A stretch of 64,000 nucleotides of DNA from the human T2T-CHM13v2.0 reference genome, Homo sapiens, in the NCBI RefSeq assembly GCF_009914755.1, contig NC_060925.1, one strand, 5' to 3'. Under the pieces are notes generated by a model, which saw only the letters and a program-made list of their open reading frames with translations, was not told where the DNA came from and made no database searches. Numbering within the stretch: position 1 is the stretch's first letter; each line of letters opens with the position of its first letter. The position numbers were made by a program, and so were the translations under genes. Positions 29,079-45,400 of the stretch are shown here, piece by piece.

Positions 29079-30662
29079 ATTTTGCTACCAGAAGTGGGGT
29101 GCTGCTGTAAAGATATCTGAAAATGTGGAAGTGATTTTGGAACTCAAAAACAGGCAGAAGTTGAAAGAGTTTGGAGGGCTCAGAAGACAAAAAATTGGGG
29201 GAAATTTTGAAACTTCCTAGAGACTTGGAGGGCTAAGAAGAAAAAATGATGTGGAAAAGTTTGGAACTTCCTAGAGAATTGTTGAATGGTTTTAATGAAA
29301 ATGCTGATAGAAATATGGACAATGAAGTCCAGACTGATGTGGATTCAGGTGGAGATGAGGAAGTAATTGGGAAGAGGAATAAAGGTGACTCTTGCTATGC
29401 TTTAGTAAAGAGACTGATGGTATTTTACCCCTGCCCTAGAGAATCTGTGGAACTTTGAACTTAGGAGAGATGATTTAGGATATCTGGTGGAAGAAATTTC
29501 TAAGCAGCAAAGCACTCAAGAGGTGACAGAGCATAAAAATTTGGAAAATTTGCAGCCTGACAATGCTATTGAAAATAAAAACCATTTTCTGGAGTGAAAT
29601 TCAAGCTGGCTGCAGAAATTTGCATGAGTAATGATGAGCCAAATATTAATCAGCAAGACAATGGGAAAAATGCTTCCAGGGCATGTCACAGACCTTCCTG
29701 AGGGCCCCTACCATCACAGACCCAGGGGCCAAGGAGGGAAAAAATGGTGTCTTGGGCTGGTTCCAGGGCCCCTTTGCTGTGTGCAGCCTTGGGACTTGGT
29801 GCCCTGTGTCCCAGCCACTCCAGCCATGGCTAAAGGAGGCCAAGGTACAGTCCAGGCTGTATCTTCAGAGGGTACAAGCCCCCAGCCTTAGTAACTTCCA
29901 TGTGGTGTTTTTCCTGTGGGTCCACAGAATACAAGAACTGAGGTTTGGGAACCTTCACCTAGATTTCAGAGGATGTATGCAAACACCTGGATGTCCAGGC
30001 AAAGGTGTGCTTCAGGGGCAGAGCCCTCATGAAGAACTACTGCTAGGGCAGTGCAGAAGGGAAATATGGGGTTGGAGCCCCCACACAGAGTCCTCAATGG
30101 GGCACTGCCTAGTGGAACTGTGAGAAGGTGGCCACTGTCCTCTGGACCCCACAATGGTAGATCCATTGACAGCTTGCTCTGTGCACCTGGAAAAGCCACA
30201 GGTACTCAACACCAGTCTGTGAAAGCAGCCAGGATGGATGCTGTACCCTGCAAAGCCACAGGGGCAGAGCTGCCCAAAGCTGTGGGAGCCCACCTCTTGA
30301 ATCAGGTGACCTGGATGTGAGACATGGAGTCAAAGAAGATCATTTTGGAGCTTTAAGGTTTACTTACTGCCCTATTGTATTTTGGACTTGCATGGGGCCT
30401 ATGGCCCTTTTGTTTAGGCCAATTTCTCTCATTTGGAGTGGGTATATTTACCTAATGCCTGTACCCCCATTGTACTTAGGAAGTACCTAATTTGCTTTTG
30501 GTGGCTCATAATTGGAAGGGACTTACCTTGTCTCAGATGAGACTTTGGACTTGGACTTTTGGTTTAATGCTGGAATGCATGAAGACTTTGGTAGACTGTT
30601 GGAAAGGCATGATTGTGTTTTGAAACATGAGGACATGAGATTTGGGAAGGGCTGGGACAAAA
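29079..30662 (+). mobile_element. MaLR internal region (THE1D/MST-int-like)
   Basis: gtggggtgctgctgtaaagata..gaaaatgtggaag, ttggagggctcagaag, ggagcccccacacagagtcc, gtctcagatgagactttggac, PPT gagatttgggaaggg; ~1.6 kb. Confidence 0.93.
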
Positions 30663-31039
30663 TGATATGATTTGTCTGTGTCCCCACTCAAAGTCTCATT
30701 ACAAATGAATTGTAATTCTCATAATCCCCACAAATCAAGGGTGGGACAAGGTGGAGATAATTGAATTATGGGGGCGGTTTCCCCCATGCTGTTCTGGTGA
30801 TAGTGAGTGTGTCTCATGAGAGCTGATAGTTTTATAATCATTGGCATCTCTCCTGCTTGCACTCACTTCGTCCTTTCACCCTATGTAGAAGGAGCCTTCT
30901 TCTTCGCCTTCTGCCATGATTGTAAGTTTTCTGAGGCCTCCCCAGTAATGCAGAACTGTGAGTCAATTAAACCTCTTTCCTTTCTAAATTACCCAGTCTC
31001 AGAGGTATTTCTCCACAGCAGTGTGAGAATGGACTAATA
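30663..31039 (+). mobile_element. MaLR 3' LTR (THE1D-like)
   Basis: tgatatgatttgtctgtgtcccc...gagtcaattaaacctc...gagaatggactaata; same type as 14017 LTR; terminal CA missing. Confidence 0.93.
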
Positions 31040-32808
31040 GTCTGTTACACACATTTGATCTTAAGTATAGTTTTATTCCAATGTTTTCATATTAATTTTT
31101 TCTCTGGATGATGATTTGTCCACTGCTGAAAGTGTGATCAATTTATATCTCCCTTCAGATCTAGTAATATTTGCTATATTTATTTAGATGCTCCAATTTT
31201 GGGGTGCATATATATTTACAATTGTTATATTCACTTGATGAGTTTACCCCTCTCTCATTACATAATGTCTTCTTTGTCTATTTTTATAGTTTTGAACTTA
31301 AAGTCTATTTTATATGATTAAAAATACAGCTACCCTTACTCTCTTTTGGTTTCCATTTGCATGGCATATCTTTTTTCATCCCTTCACTTTCAGTGTATCT
31401 GTGTCCTTAATGTGAGGTGAATCTCTTATAGGCAGAATATACTTGGGTCTTGCTTTCATTTATCTATTCCAGCATGCTATGGCTTTTGATTGGAGAATCT
31501 AATCCATTTACATTCAAGGTAATTATTGATAGGTAAGGACTTACTACCACCATTTTTGTTGTTTTATTATTATTATTTTTTAGATCCTTTGTTTCTTTAT
31601 TTCTCTCTTACTGTCTTCCCTGTGATTAAATGATTTTCTGTAGTGGTATGCTTTGATTCTTTGCTTTTTTATCTTTTGTGTACCTACTATAGGTTTTTGC
31701 TTTCTGGTTACTATGAGGCTTACATAAAATGTTATACAGTAATAACAGGCTATTTTAGGCTGATAATTTAACTCTAGTCACATGAAATAACTACACTTTC
31801 ACTCCAACTCCCATTTTATGTTTTTGATTTCACACTTTACATCTTTTTATAATATATATCCCTTAAAAAGTATTGTAGCTATTGTTTTTACTAGTTTTGT
31901 CTTTTAACCTTAATCCTAAAGATATAAGTGACTTAGAAACCACTATTACAGTATTTTAGTATTCTGAATTTGATTGTGAAGTTACTTTAACCAGTGAGTT
32001 TTATATTCTCATATGTTTTTGTGTCACTAATTAGTGTCTTTTTTTTTTCAACTTTAAGAACTCCCTTTAGCATTTCTTACAAGTCTGGTGACAGTGAACT
32101 CCCTCAGCTGTTGTTTGTCTAGGAAAGTGTTTATCTCTCTTTCATTTCTGAAGGATAGCTTTGTCAGGTTCATTAGTTTTAGCTGTCAGGTTTTTTTGTC
32201 CTTCAGACCTTTGAATATATCATCCTACTCTTTTCTGGTATGTAGAGTTTCTGCCTCTAGCATTACTGGAACTCCCTTCCCTGGAACTCTCTTCCATGTG
32301 ATTTGCTTCTTTTCTCTTGCTGTTTTCAGGATTCTCTTTTGTCTTTGATTTTTCACAGTCTGATTTAATATGTCTTGATGTAGTCTTGTTTGGATTGAGT
32401 CTGCTTGTAGACTTTTTTCTTTTCTGTATCTGGATATATATACATCTTTCCCTGGATTTGGAATATTTTCTGTTATTATTTCTTTAAATAAGCTTTCTAT
32501 CCTTTAGTCTCTCTCTTCTTAATTCCTATACCATGTACATTTGCTCTGTTGAAGCTGTTCTATAATTCCCGTAAACTTTCCTTTTTCTTTTTTCTCCTCT
32601 ATATATTTTCAAATAATCTGTCTTCAGGTTTACAGATTCTTCTAATTGATCATTTCTGGTGTTGATACTCTCTATTGCATTTTTCATTTCACTCATTGTA
32701 TTTTTCAATTGATCCTCATTTCCTTATCTAAAAATTGGGATAATATTGTATCTCTCTCAGGGAAACAATAAGAAAAAGCTGATTTAGTGTATGTGTAACA
32801 TCTATTAG

Positions 32809-33573
32809 AGGGGTCAGCGAACTTTTTGTATAAAGGGCTATATAGCACATATTTTAAGCTTTCTGGGCTAGGCAGCAAACCAAGGATGTTATTTAGGTAC
32901 TGATATAACAAGAAAGAAAAAAATTTTACAAAAATTTTTCACAAAATCTTTTACACAAATTTTTATTAGAAAAATGTAACATATAATAATAGCAAATTAA
33001 CTTTTGTTTTTGTTAATACATGTTGATATGGTTTGGCTATGTCCCCACCTGAGCCTCATCTTGAATTGTAGCTCTTGTAATTCCCACATGTTGTGGGAGG
33101 GACCCAGTGGGCGGTACTTGAATCATGGGGGTGGGTCTTTCTTGTGCTGTTCTCATGATAGTGAATCAGTCTCATGAGATCTGTTGGTTTTATAAAGGGG
33201 AGTTCCCCTGAATATGCTCTTTTTGCCTACCAGTATGTAAGACATGACTTTACTCCTCCTTTGCCTTCTGCCATGATTCTGAGGCATCCACAGCCATGTG
33301 GAACTGAGTCAATTAAACCTCTTTTCTTTATAAATTACCCAGTCTTGGGTATGTCTTTATTACCTGTGTAAGAGTGGACTAATACACATTTCTAGTAATT
33401 AAAAGAATGGAATATGGTGGGAAATAATAGTTTACTTAATTGGGGAATCAAAGTCAATGTTGCCTATCAGCAAATTGGTTGCAAAGCCCATCTATAAAAA
33501 CATTTTTATTCACAGGCCATACAAAAACAGATAAGCTGGGCTGGACCTGAGGGCTATAGTGTGCCAATCTCTG
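32809..33573 (-). mobile_element. hAT-Charlie MER58/Cheshire-like element split by THE1B
   Basis: Ends aggggtcagcgaactttttgtataaagggc and ctatagtgtgccaatctctg resemble MER58 TIRs. Confidence 0.65.
33024..33386 (+). mobile_element. THE1B-like solo LTR
   Basis: tgatatggtttggctatgtcccc...ataaaggggagttcccctg...ggactaataca; TSD catgt/cattt. Confidence 0.93.
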
Positions 33574-33574
33574 G

Positions 33575-34090
33575 TGTATTTCATTGATGGTTCCCAATGA
33601 ACCATACCTCCCCATATTCACACCCTTATGTACTCCTCTCCCTTTGAATTTGGGCTGGATCTGAAATGGCCTTTTAATTAACAGAATGCAACAGAAATGA
33701 TGCTGAATCAGCTGAAGACCTGTCTCAAGAAGATGTGGCAGCTTCCATTCTGCATTCTTGGGTGTCCTAAACCACCCTGTAAAAAGTCCAGCTATCCTGC
33801 TAGAGAGATCATATAGAAAAGCCACATTAAGAGGGAGAAACCCAGAGACAACTGGGAGAGAGAATGAATCTTAGCCATACCAGCATCCCAGCTGAGCCTA
33901 TTTCTCAACCATTAGCTAGGACCAATTACCAGCCATATGGGTGAACCATATTGATATTCCAGTCCTGGCTATATCTGAGACACTACCACAGCCACAAGAG
34001 AGAGCCAAATTGGGACCAAAAGAACGGTCCAGCTGAACCTAGTCAATCTCATGAACAGACTCATGAGAGACAGTAAAAGCTAATATATTT
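33575..34090 (+). mobile_element. Ancient MLT1-type MaLR LTR
   Basis: atggttcccaatgaaccatacctcc..ttcacacccttatgta..tttgaatttgggctgg..aacagaatgcaacagaaatgatgctg..cccagctgagcc. Confidence 0.7.
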
Positions 34091-34654
34091 ACCAACTTAC
34101 ACTCCTGTTAGAAATCTGTGATAGTTCTATAGTTTTGCATCCTTGCTAACAGTATTTTCAGTTTTTAATTTTTTTTTTATTCTGGTGAATGTGTGAAGTT
34201 GAACACTTTTCAATTACTCCTTCCCCAGTCATCAAGACTCAAATAAAATTTTTCCTAAACCTAGAGTTGGAAGCTGCAGGTTATTCAATTGAGAACTTGG
34301 GTGCTTCTTGGAGGAAAAAATAATTATTGATAAATGTTTTTAAGTTCTTGCATTAAATATTTTATTTCTTAAAAGGAGTGTCTTATTATTAGGTATGAAT
34401 TTAATAACTCTCACAGCTAGTAATGATTTTAAGAATAAATATGAGATAGATTACAAGGATTCATAATTTTATTACTTCACTGGTTTATGCAAACAACCCA
34501 AGAGCTGGGAAATATGATTTTCAGAGTGGTCCTACCACTCTGAAACTTAAGCAACTTGCTTAAGTTGCTCTTAAGGAAGACATTTTTCTTCTTGATTTTG
34601 ACTTAGTAATACATCAAATGAGACTGATAATAGCATTTGCAATCTCACATAATT

Positions 34655-34800
34655 GTTCAATCAACAAATATTTTCTGAGTACCTATTATGGGCAGGTACT
34701 GGGGATACAATGGTAAGCAAAAATAAACATAGCCTCTAGTTCATGAAGTTTATACTCTAGTGTAAACACTAATCCAAGATTAAACAATCAATATTTTAAT
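34655..34800 (-). mobile_element. L2 3' fragment
   Basis: ttcaatcaacaaatattttctgagtacctattatgggcaggtactggggataca. Confidence 0.7.
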
Positions 34801-34953
34801 ACATAATAGTTTCATGTATAATTATTAACTAACAAATAGACTGTAAAGTTAAGTTAGAGCATCAGAACCTCATAATTAAGAGTTACCTTACAGATTATCT
34901 ATTACAATCCTCCAATCTCTTTTTCAAAGATAAACAAAATATTAAAGGATGGT

Positions 34954-35049
34954 TTTTGAAAAGTTAAAAGTTCCAGATAAATGAGAAGTGCCAACATTAC
35001 TGTTATGTAATTTCAGAAAGATAACTAGATACACTTATGTTCCAGCATT
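34954..35049 (+). repeat. Dispersed ~97-bp direct repeat, copy 1
   Basis: Matches 38512-38608 with 5 substitutions and 1 indel by hand alignment. Confidence 0.95.
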
Positions 35050-35269
35050 AAAAATTAGAAATAAAACAGCTTAAACCCAGTATCTTTGACCTTCAATGTG
35101 GCCCATAGTAGAAAAATTAATAGTGAAATTTCATTAACCAAAATAAAGTAGGCTCTGACTGTGAAAGTGATGGACTGAGGGCCCACGCAGAGGACAAAAA
35201 GTTCAGAAGAGAAATAAATTTTATTGACCCACAATGAGAGAGACATCCAGGTCTCTTAGAAAAGTAATA

Positions 35270-35490
35270 TGTTTAGAGCTGGCTTGGAACTCTGACCTAG
35301 TTTGGCTAGATATTCATGGGTTTAAATCCCTGCAACCTTCTATGCAACCTTAGGCAAATTACTTATCCTCTTAGACCTAAGTTTCTTAATTTCATCCGTA
35401 AAATGAAAATAATCATGACCATCTCACATGATTATTGTGAACATTAAGAAAAATGAGGTATATAAAGCATCAGGCATGGCTAATAGTTTC
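35270..35490 (+). mobile_element. MIR
   Basis: gggtttaaatccc..accttaggcaaattactt..gtttctt..gtaaaatgaaaataat core. Confidence 0.75.
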
Positions 35491-36339
35491 CTTCTTTTCT
35501 CCTGACTGTGGGGATTATAGCATTGATTACAGGCAATCTCAAATTTGTGATATGACTCAATACAGCAATTACCATATGCCCAAACTCAATTCATCCAATA
35601 AGACATGAGAATGATACAGAGAAGAAAAACATGATCCCTGCTTAAAGTACTTATCATCTAGTAGGGAACATGGATAAGATACCCAAACACCCCAAACACA
35701 AAGCCAACTATGATATTATAATACATACCTGAAGTGTGGCATACCAAACTGTGTTAGTATTCAAATGGGAGAAGACACTTCAGGATGAGGTGGGGGCAGG
35801 GAGGATCAAAGAAAGCTTCCTAGAGAGGTTGCCCTTGAAAGAGGCTTGAACGACGGATTAGATTTTGGCAGCCAGAGATACAAGGAGAAGATTCAAGGTG
35901 GAGAGGAAACACACACAAAGGCAAAGAGATAGGAAAGTGTATGGCAGATTAGGTTAAGCAGAGGATAACCAATTATTTTTTAAGTAATATTGAGTGTCTC
36001 CATATGTCAGGGCCTGTATTGAGTATTTACATGCATTATTTTATTTACCTGTGGAGGTGTTTTATTTTCCTCAACTTTTAGATACTTGGAAAGGTAAATA
36101 ATCTTGCCAAATATTTTTTACAGCTATTTAATCGGAGACCTGGGTTATAAAAACATGTGTCTCTTATTCCAAAGACCACTCTTTATAACTAATGAGTAGT
36201 GAGAAATGCAGCTAGAAATAAGGACACCAGGGAGGCCTCTAAATACCAAGGTGAAAAGTTTGCATTTTGAATTAAAAACCAAATAGGGAGTCATTGGAGG
36301 TTTCTAAGCAGGAATATGACATGGATAAAGATTATATTA

Positions 36340-36590
36340 CATAATGTTTAAGAGCTTAGAATTCATAGCTAAACTGCCTTAAATTGAATCTCAATTTTTC
36401 TGCTTACAACCTTTATGGCCTTGGAGCAAGTTACCAAATTTTTCTGTCCCTTAGTTTCCTCATCCATAAAATAGGGGTAACAATATTACCTCCCACAATG
36501 TTGTGGGAAAAATAAAGTCCATTAATATATATGAAATACTAGAATTCCTGGCTTACAGTGAACACACACTAAATATTAGGTGCTGCTGCT
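36340..36590 (+). mobile_element. MIR
   Basis: ttaagagc..gcaagttacc..ttagtttcctcatccataaaataggggtaacaat. Confidence 0.8.
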
Positions 36591-36767
36591 GCTATTCCTT
36601 TAGGAAGAAAACTACTGAACTCTTGTATCTCAATCTGACAATTCAGCCTTTTATTCAAGGATGAGCAAAAGGCTAATTGTACATTGTCAGTGAAGGCAAG
36701 GCTTGCTTTGTGAGTTAATAAGAATCCAGGAGGAATGTTTAATATAATTAAGAGGGTAAGTAGCTCA

Positions 36768-38301
<1,534 letters not shown>

Positions 38302-38511
38302 AAATTGAAGCTCCTTAGCTTGGCATTTTCTCCCCAATGCGTTTTATAATCTGCCTTCTTCTTGGGAGAAGAAGACTATGAAATGCAGTGGGGAGAAAAT
38401 ACCAAGTCAGAAGACTTGGATTCCAATCACAAACCTGCTACTGATTCATTCTGTTGGACAGAATGACCTCTCTTTTAACATTGTACATGGACAGTTGACT
38501 CTCCTTTTTAG

Positions 38512-38608
38512 TTTTGAAAAGTTAAAAGTTTCAGATAATTGAGAAGTGCCAACATTACTGTTAATGTAACTTCAGAAAGATAACTAGATGCACTTATATT
38601 CCAGCATT
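38512..38608 (+). repeat. Dispersed ~97-bp direct repeat, copy 2 (inside a MIR)
   Basis: See copy 1; MIR-like flanks (agaagacttggattccaatc upstream; atgagaattaaatgagata downstream). Confidence 0.95.
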
Positions 38609-38889
38609 CTGAGTCCTCAACAGTAAATAAGGAATGATGCTTGCCCTCTGCATGGATCATCATGAGAATTAAATGAGATATAGGATATGTAAAATATCTT
38701 GGTTTGCAGGGTGCTATGTACATAGTAGGTATTCAAAACACTGTTGAATAAAGTTCTTATTCTATTCGAGAAGTGTCTTTAGACGTAAGAAAAAAGGTAA
38801 AGCAGATGGTGGAATATTTCTGCATTTCAGCCTTGGAGAAGATAAAAAGCTCTATATTGAAAATGTCCCTTAAAATGTGTAAGAAGAGG

Positions 38890-39062
38890 GTTGGTATAGT
38901 GGAAAGAGCCTGAGATTCAAAGTAAAGTGGAACTAGGATTAAATCCTACCTGCAATATTTATTAGCTATGAAATATTGAACCAGCTATTTGAGCATCTGC
39001 TTTTTCCAAATACAAAATTGAAATATTAATACTTGCCTCATAGGTTGGCTCAGATAATTAAA
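38890..39062 (+). mobile_element. MIR
   Basis: ggtatagtggaaagagc..ggattaaatcctacc..atttattagctatg..acttgcctcataggttg. Confidence 0.75.
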
Positions 39063-39076
39063 TTAAACATTACTCC

Positions 39077-39435
39077 TGAACTGTAATCCCTAATGTTGGA
39101 GGTGGGGCCTGGTAGGAGATATTTGGATCATGGGGGCAGATCCTTCATGGCTTGGTGCTCTTCTCACAATAGTGAGTAAATTCTTACAAGATCTTGTTAA
39201 GTTTGTGGCATTTCCTGCCACCCCCCCTCTTTCCTACTTCACCATGTGACATACCTGCTCCCTCTTTGCCTTCTGCCGTGATTGGAAGCCTCCTGACACC
39301 CTCTCCAAACCCAGAAGCAGATACCATGATGCTTCTTGTACAGCCTGCAGAACCATGAGCCAATTAAACCCCTTTGCTTATTAATTACCCAGTCTCATGC
39401 ATTTCTTTATAGCAATGCACAAACAGACTAACACA
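39077..39435 (+). mobile_element. MSTB-like MaLR LTR, 5' end missing
   Basis: tgtaatccctaatgttggaggtggggcctgg..cagcctgcagaaccatgagccaattaaacc..cagactaacaca. Confidence 0.88.
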
Positions 39436-39942
39436 ACTAATTATATAATTCTTTCCAGATATTACTGATGAGAAAACAGAGGCACAGGGCACACAATCTC
39501 ACCCTAGATCACAGAGCTAGAAAGTGACCAAAAAAAAAGTAGAATAAAACTACATATATTTAACTCTCCTCCAAAAGTTGTACTCTTTTCAAAAATCTTG
39601 TAAAAAATTCCCAAGTACTTTCCCTCTGTTATCTCATTTTATCCTATTCTTGAAGAAACTCTATTATATAGACTGACCAGGAATAACTATCCCCATGTTA
39701 CAAATGGGAAAAGAGAAACTTGAAGAAGATAAATGACTAATGTCAGACAAACAGCAGTCACACTTCAACCTCTGCCATGTGGCAGAACTGGAAAATGAAC
39801 CTCTATCTTTAAACTCCAAGTTCAGTGTTCTTTCTAGTATAAATCTGAATTTCCCAAATACCATGCCAGAATGAATATTTCTCCTTAAATTCAGACTCCT
39901 CCGATATTAATCCAAATTAATAATGTTTTGCTGTGGCTATTT

Positions 39943-40262
39943 CTTTTTAAAATTTCCAACTTTTATTTTAGATACGGGGGTACATGTGCAGATTTGTTAC
40001 ATAGGAATATTGCATGATGCTGGGATTTGGAATATGGATCCTGTCACCATGGTAGTATTGCCTGATATGTAGTTTTTTAACCTATCCCACTCCCTCCACC
40101 CTCTAGGATTCCATAGTGTCTGTTGTTCCCATATTTCTATTCGTGTGTGCTCAGTGTTTAGCTCTAATTTATAAGTGAGAACATGTTTGGTTTTCTGTTC
40201 CTGCATTAATTTGCTTAGGATTATGGCCTCCAGCTCCATTCATGTTGCTTCAAAGGACATGA
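39943..40262 (-). mobile_element. Old L1PA/L1PB 3' end fragment
   Basis: aacttttattttagatacgggggtacatgtgcagatttgttac..ataagtgagaacatg..caaaggacatgat. Confidence 0.88.
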
Positions 40263-40556
40263 TGATTGATTGTGAATGTTTTCTACTTTTACAACTTTTC
40301 CTATGTTTATAGAAAGACCTGTCCCAGAAACATTCCTTTCATTACAGATAAAGATATTTCAACTCAACAGTCTTCTTTATGGTAAGTGATTTATATTTTC
40401 TTCTTAATTTACAGGTGTTACTATAAATGACTATTTCAATTGCTTTTCAACTTTTCTTGCTGCGCTGGGTCAACTGACTGCTTGACTGACAAATTAATCA
40501 GTTAACAAAAATGGCCTGACCAGTTGCTGTTTGCCAGACACTGTGGTGGGCATAAG

Positions 40557-42830
<2,274 letters not shown>

Positions 42831-43380
42831 ATGCTGGGATACAGAAATGGATATGACAGTGTCCTTATCTCCAAGGATCTCACAATATAATAGGGAACAC
42901 AGGCAAATACACATGCAATTATACTATAGCATCACAAATGGTGTTATAAAGGAAAGTCCAAGGTGCCATGAGATCACATAAGAGGGACAACTAATTCAGC
43001 CTGGAAGATCAAGGGAGGTTCTCCAAAGAAGGTAACAACTAAACTGAGCCCAAATAAATAGATGTTAAAGAAATACTTGTAGATAAAAAAGAGGTGTGCT
43101 GTCTCCCACAGAAAGAGAACAATTTTAGCAAAGAAACAGAGGAAAGAAACATCATTGCATGTACAGCATTGCTGTGGGATAACATTTGAGGTTAAGTTTT
43201 AAGAGGCAAGGTGGGGAAAAGGAAAAGAAGAAATCAGGGACAGATACTGAAGGCTTTGCCAAACTAAGGAGTCTGTTTTTTATATGAGGTGGGTAATGGG
43301 TTGCCATTAAGAGAAATAAACCAGGAGAGGATATGTGATTAGATTTGCATTTTATAAAGATTCTTCTGACATGGGGATGG
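42831..43380 (-). mobile_element. L2 fragment
   Basis: tgctgggatacagaaatgg..ctcacaatataataggg..gattagatttgcattttataaagatt. Confidence 0.7.
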
Positions 43381-44659
43381 AGGAAGTGCTGTGTCTAGGA
43401 CTTTCATATAACACCATTAGAGATGTTTCAAAGAATTATTTGTTAAGTAATCCAATTTAGATTTTCAAAGCAGAGAGGAAAAGTAATATCCTTAGAAATG
43501 TTCCTATGACTCTCACTCTGTTAGGCATACATGTCAAGTAGACAGACATTCCTATAAGTGATGCAAATCTCATTTCTGAATGATTTTATAAAGCTCAAGC
43601 TTGTTTCATATAATAAAAACGATAATCAAAACATAAATTTAAATATAATAGGCCATACTTCAACAGATTCCGTTTACATTATTCCTATACAAGGTATTAT
43701 TTATGATGGTGCATGGACACCTAATCTCGATGTTGTGAAGGTGACCCAGGCTGGGTGGGGAAGGCAGCTGAGCCAGTGAAAGCATTTACACATCACCTCA
43801 AGTGTGTATCACAAAGCTCACCTTTGCATGAAGGGCAATTTGGACTGTGAAGAAGCAGAAGTCCAAATCAAGGACAATGAGAGTATTGAACTAATGTATC
43901 TAGTATCAAGACCCAAAGTCCATTCTTAAAGGAAAACATACTCCAAGAGGGGAAATTTATATGAATTCTAAAACTCTTTGAAGGTTGAGGACAAAAAAAA
44001 AATCAGTATTACCAGGGTAGAAATGGGTATTTCTCCTAGTATCAGTAGCATGGTCACAGCACATAATATATAAAAGAAGAATTTTCACTTGCCACCATAA
44101 TGTCTTACTGTTTTTCTCATCCCAAGGTTTTTGCTGAAAGAATCAAGAGTTCAGTGACAGAAGAATGAGGGTCAGAGAAGCATGAAGACAAAGGAGAATG
44201 AGGGTCATTTATTCAATAAACATTTGTAACACTCATACTATAAGCCAGGCACTATGCTAGGAGCGTTCAGAAGTACTGTCTCACTTAATAAAGCACTACT
44301 ACCTCCATTTTGCAGATAATAAAACTGAGGCAAGTATACTTAAGACTAGATGAAAAGTCCACATAGAGTTTATCTTTAAGTACAAAGTACTTCTTTACAA
44401 AAAATTAAAATATAGAGACTCAAATTTATTAGAAATATTCAATATAACAATCTTTTAATGATTTCTGGAAGCATTTACAACCATAAATATATATGTACTA
44501 TTTTAAAAGGTAAATGTACCATGGCAAACTGCTGCTGCTACCTTTCCTACCAATCTAATATTGAATCAGACTAAATATGTTAATGATTCACTGTTACAAA
44601 TTCTGTTCCTTTATCAATAATCTCCCTACCTTTGCTATTGTACCCTGAATCATATTATT

Positions 44660-44905
44660 TGTTCATTCATTCATTCACTCATTCTACTTGGTGCCTATCA
44701 TTTGCCACATGCAGTCCATAGACTGAAGTATAATGGGAATCCACTGCTGCTCTCAAGAGATTCACAGTTTGTAAGGGAAGCCAGACAACTGAACAGATAA
44801 TTAACATACAATGTGATAAGTGCTGTGATATAAGGATGTTCAGGGGGGCTGTGTAGCATAGTTAGGTTACATTCATTCAGTCTGGAGGCCAATATATCAG
44901 GGAAA
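44660..44905 (-). mobile_element. L2 3' fragment
   Basis: ttcattcattcattcactcatt..ctcaagagattcacagt..atacaatgtgataagtgct. Confidence 0.75.
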
Positions 44906-45219
44906 ACCCAGGGCCTTCCTATCTATAAAAAATACTGAGATCCAACACACTTTTCAAAAAGCTTCCCTCAGCCCAATCTTCCCATGGGCGGTTTCTCCTC
45001 AAGACCTGTGACTCTATGACACCAAACCCTTCTCCATTCACTCAACCAATATTTATTGAGCATTTCCATTATGCCACACATTGTGCTAGGCACTGAAGTT
45101 ACAAAGCTAAATAAGATAGAGATGTTTCTTGTACCATGAGTTTGTAATCTAATAAAAGAATCTGCTGTAGCCTTTGAAAAGATTGCTAATTATATAACAT
45201 CAGTGTCAATAAGCAACTT

Positions 45220-45400
45220 GACTTTCGTACACCCTTGCTGTGTGACTTTTGACAAGTCATTTCACCTCTCTATCCTTGGTTTCTTCATTTGTAAAATGAA
45301 AATAATATTTGCCTTATTCAGTTTAAGGAATTTTCAAGATCAAAGGATATAATGAATGCAAAAGCACCTTGATACTATAAAGGAATGTAAAACTATGAGG
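45220..45400 (+). mobile_element. MIR
   Basis: gctgtgtgacttttgacaagtcatttcacctctct..gtttcttcatttgtaaaatg. Confidence 0.8.

Larger units (their letters stand above)
22910..32706 (-). mobile_element. Long L1MA (MA6-9-like) LINE-1, 3'UTR to ORF1, interrupted by three insertions
   Basis: 3'UTR ggaatggctaaagtgagctaattaacata; collinear antisense ORF2/ORF1 in segments 22910-25085, 25310-26030, 28120-28789, 31040-32706. Confidence 0.88.

Noticed and set aside
29171-29278. ~53-bp tandem repeat in MaLR internal region
   Set aside because: As I recall, part of some THE1-int consensuses, so probably inherited; unverified.
29631-30333. Cluster of overlapping ORFs on both strands
   Set aside because: GC-richer MaLR internal sequence with a broken ancestral frame.
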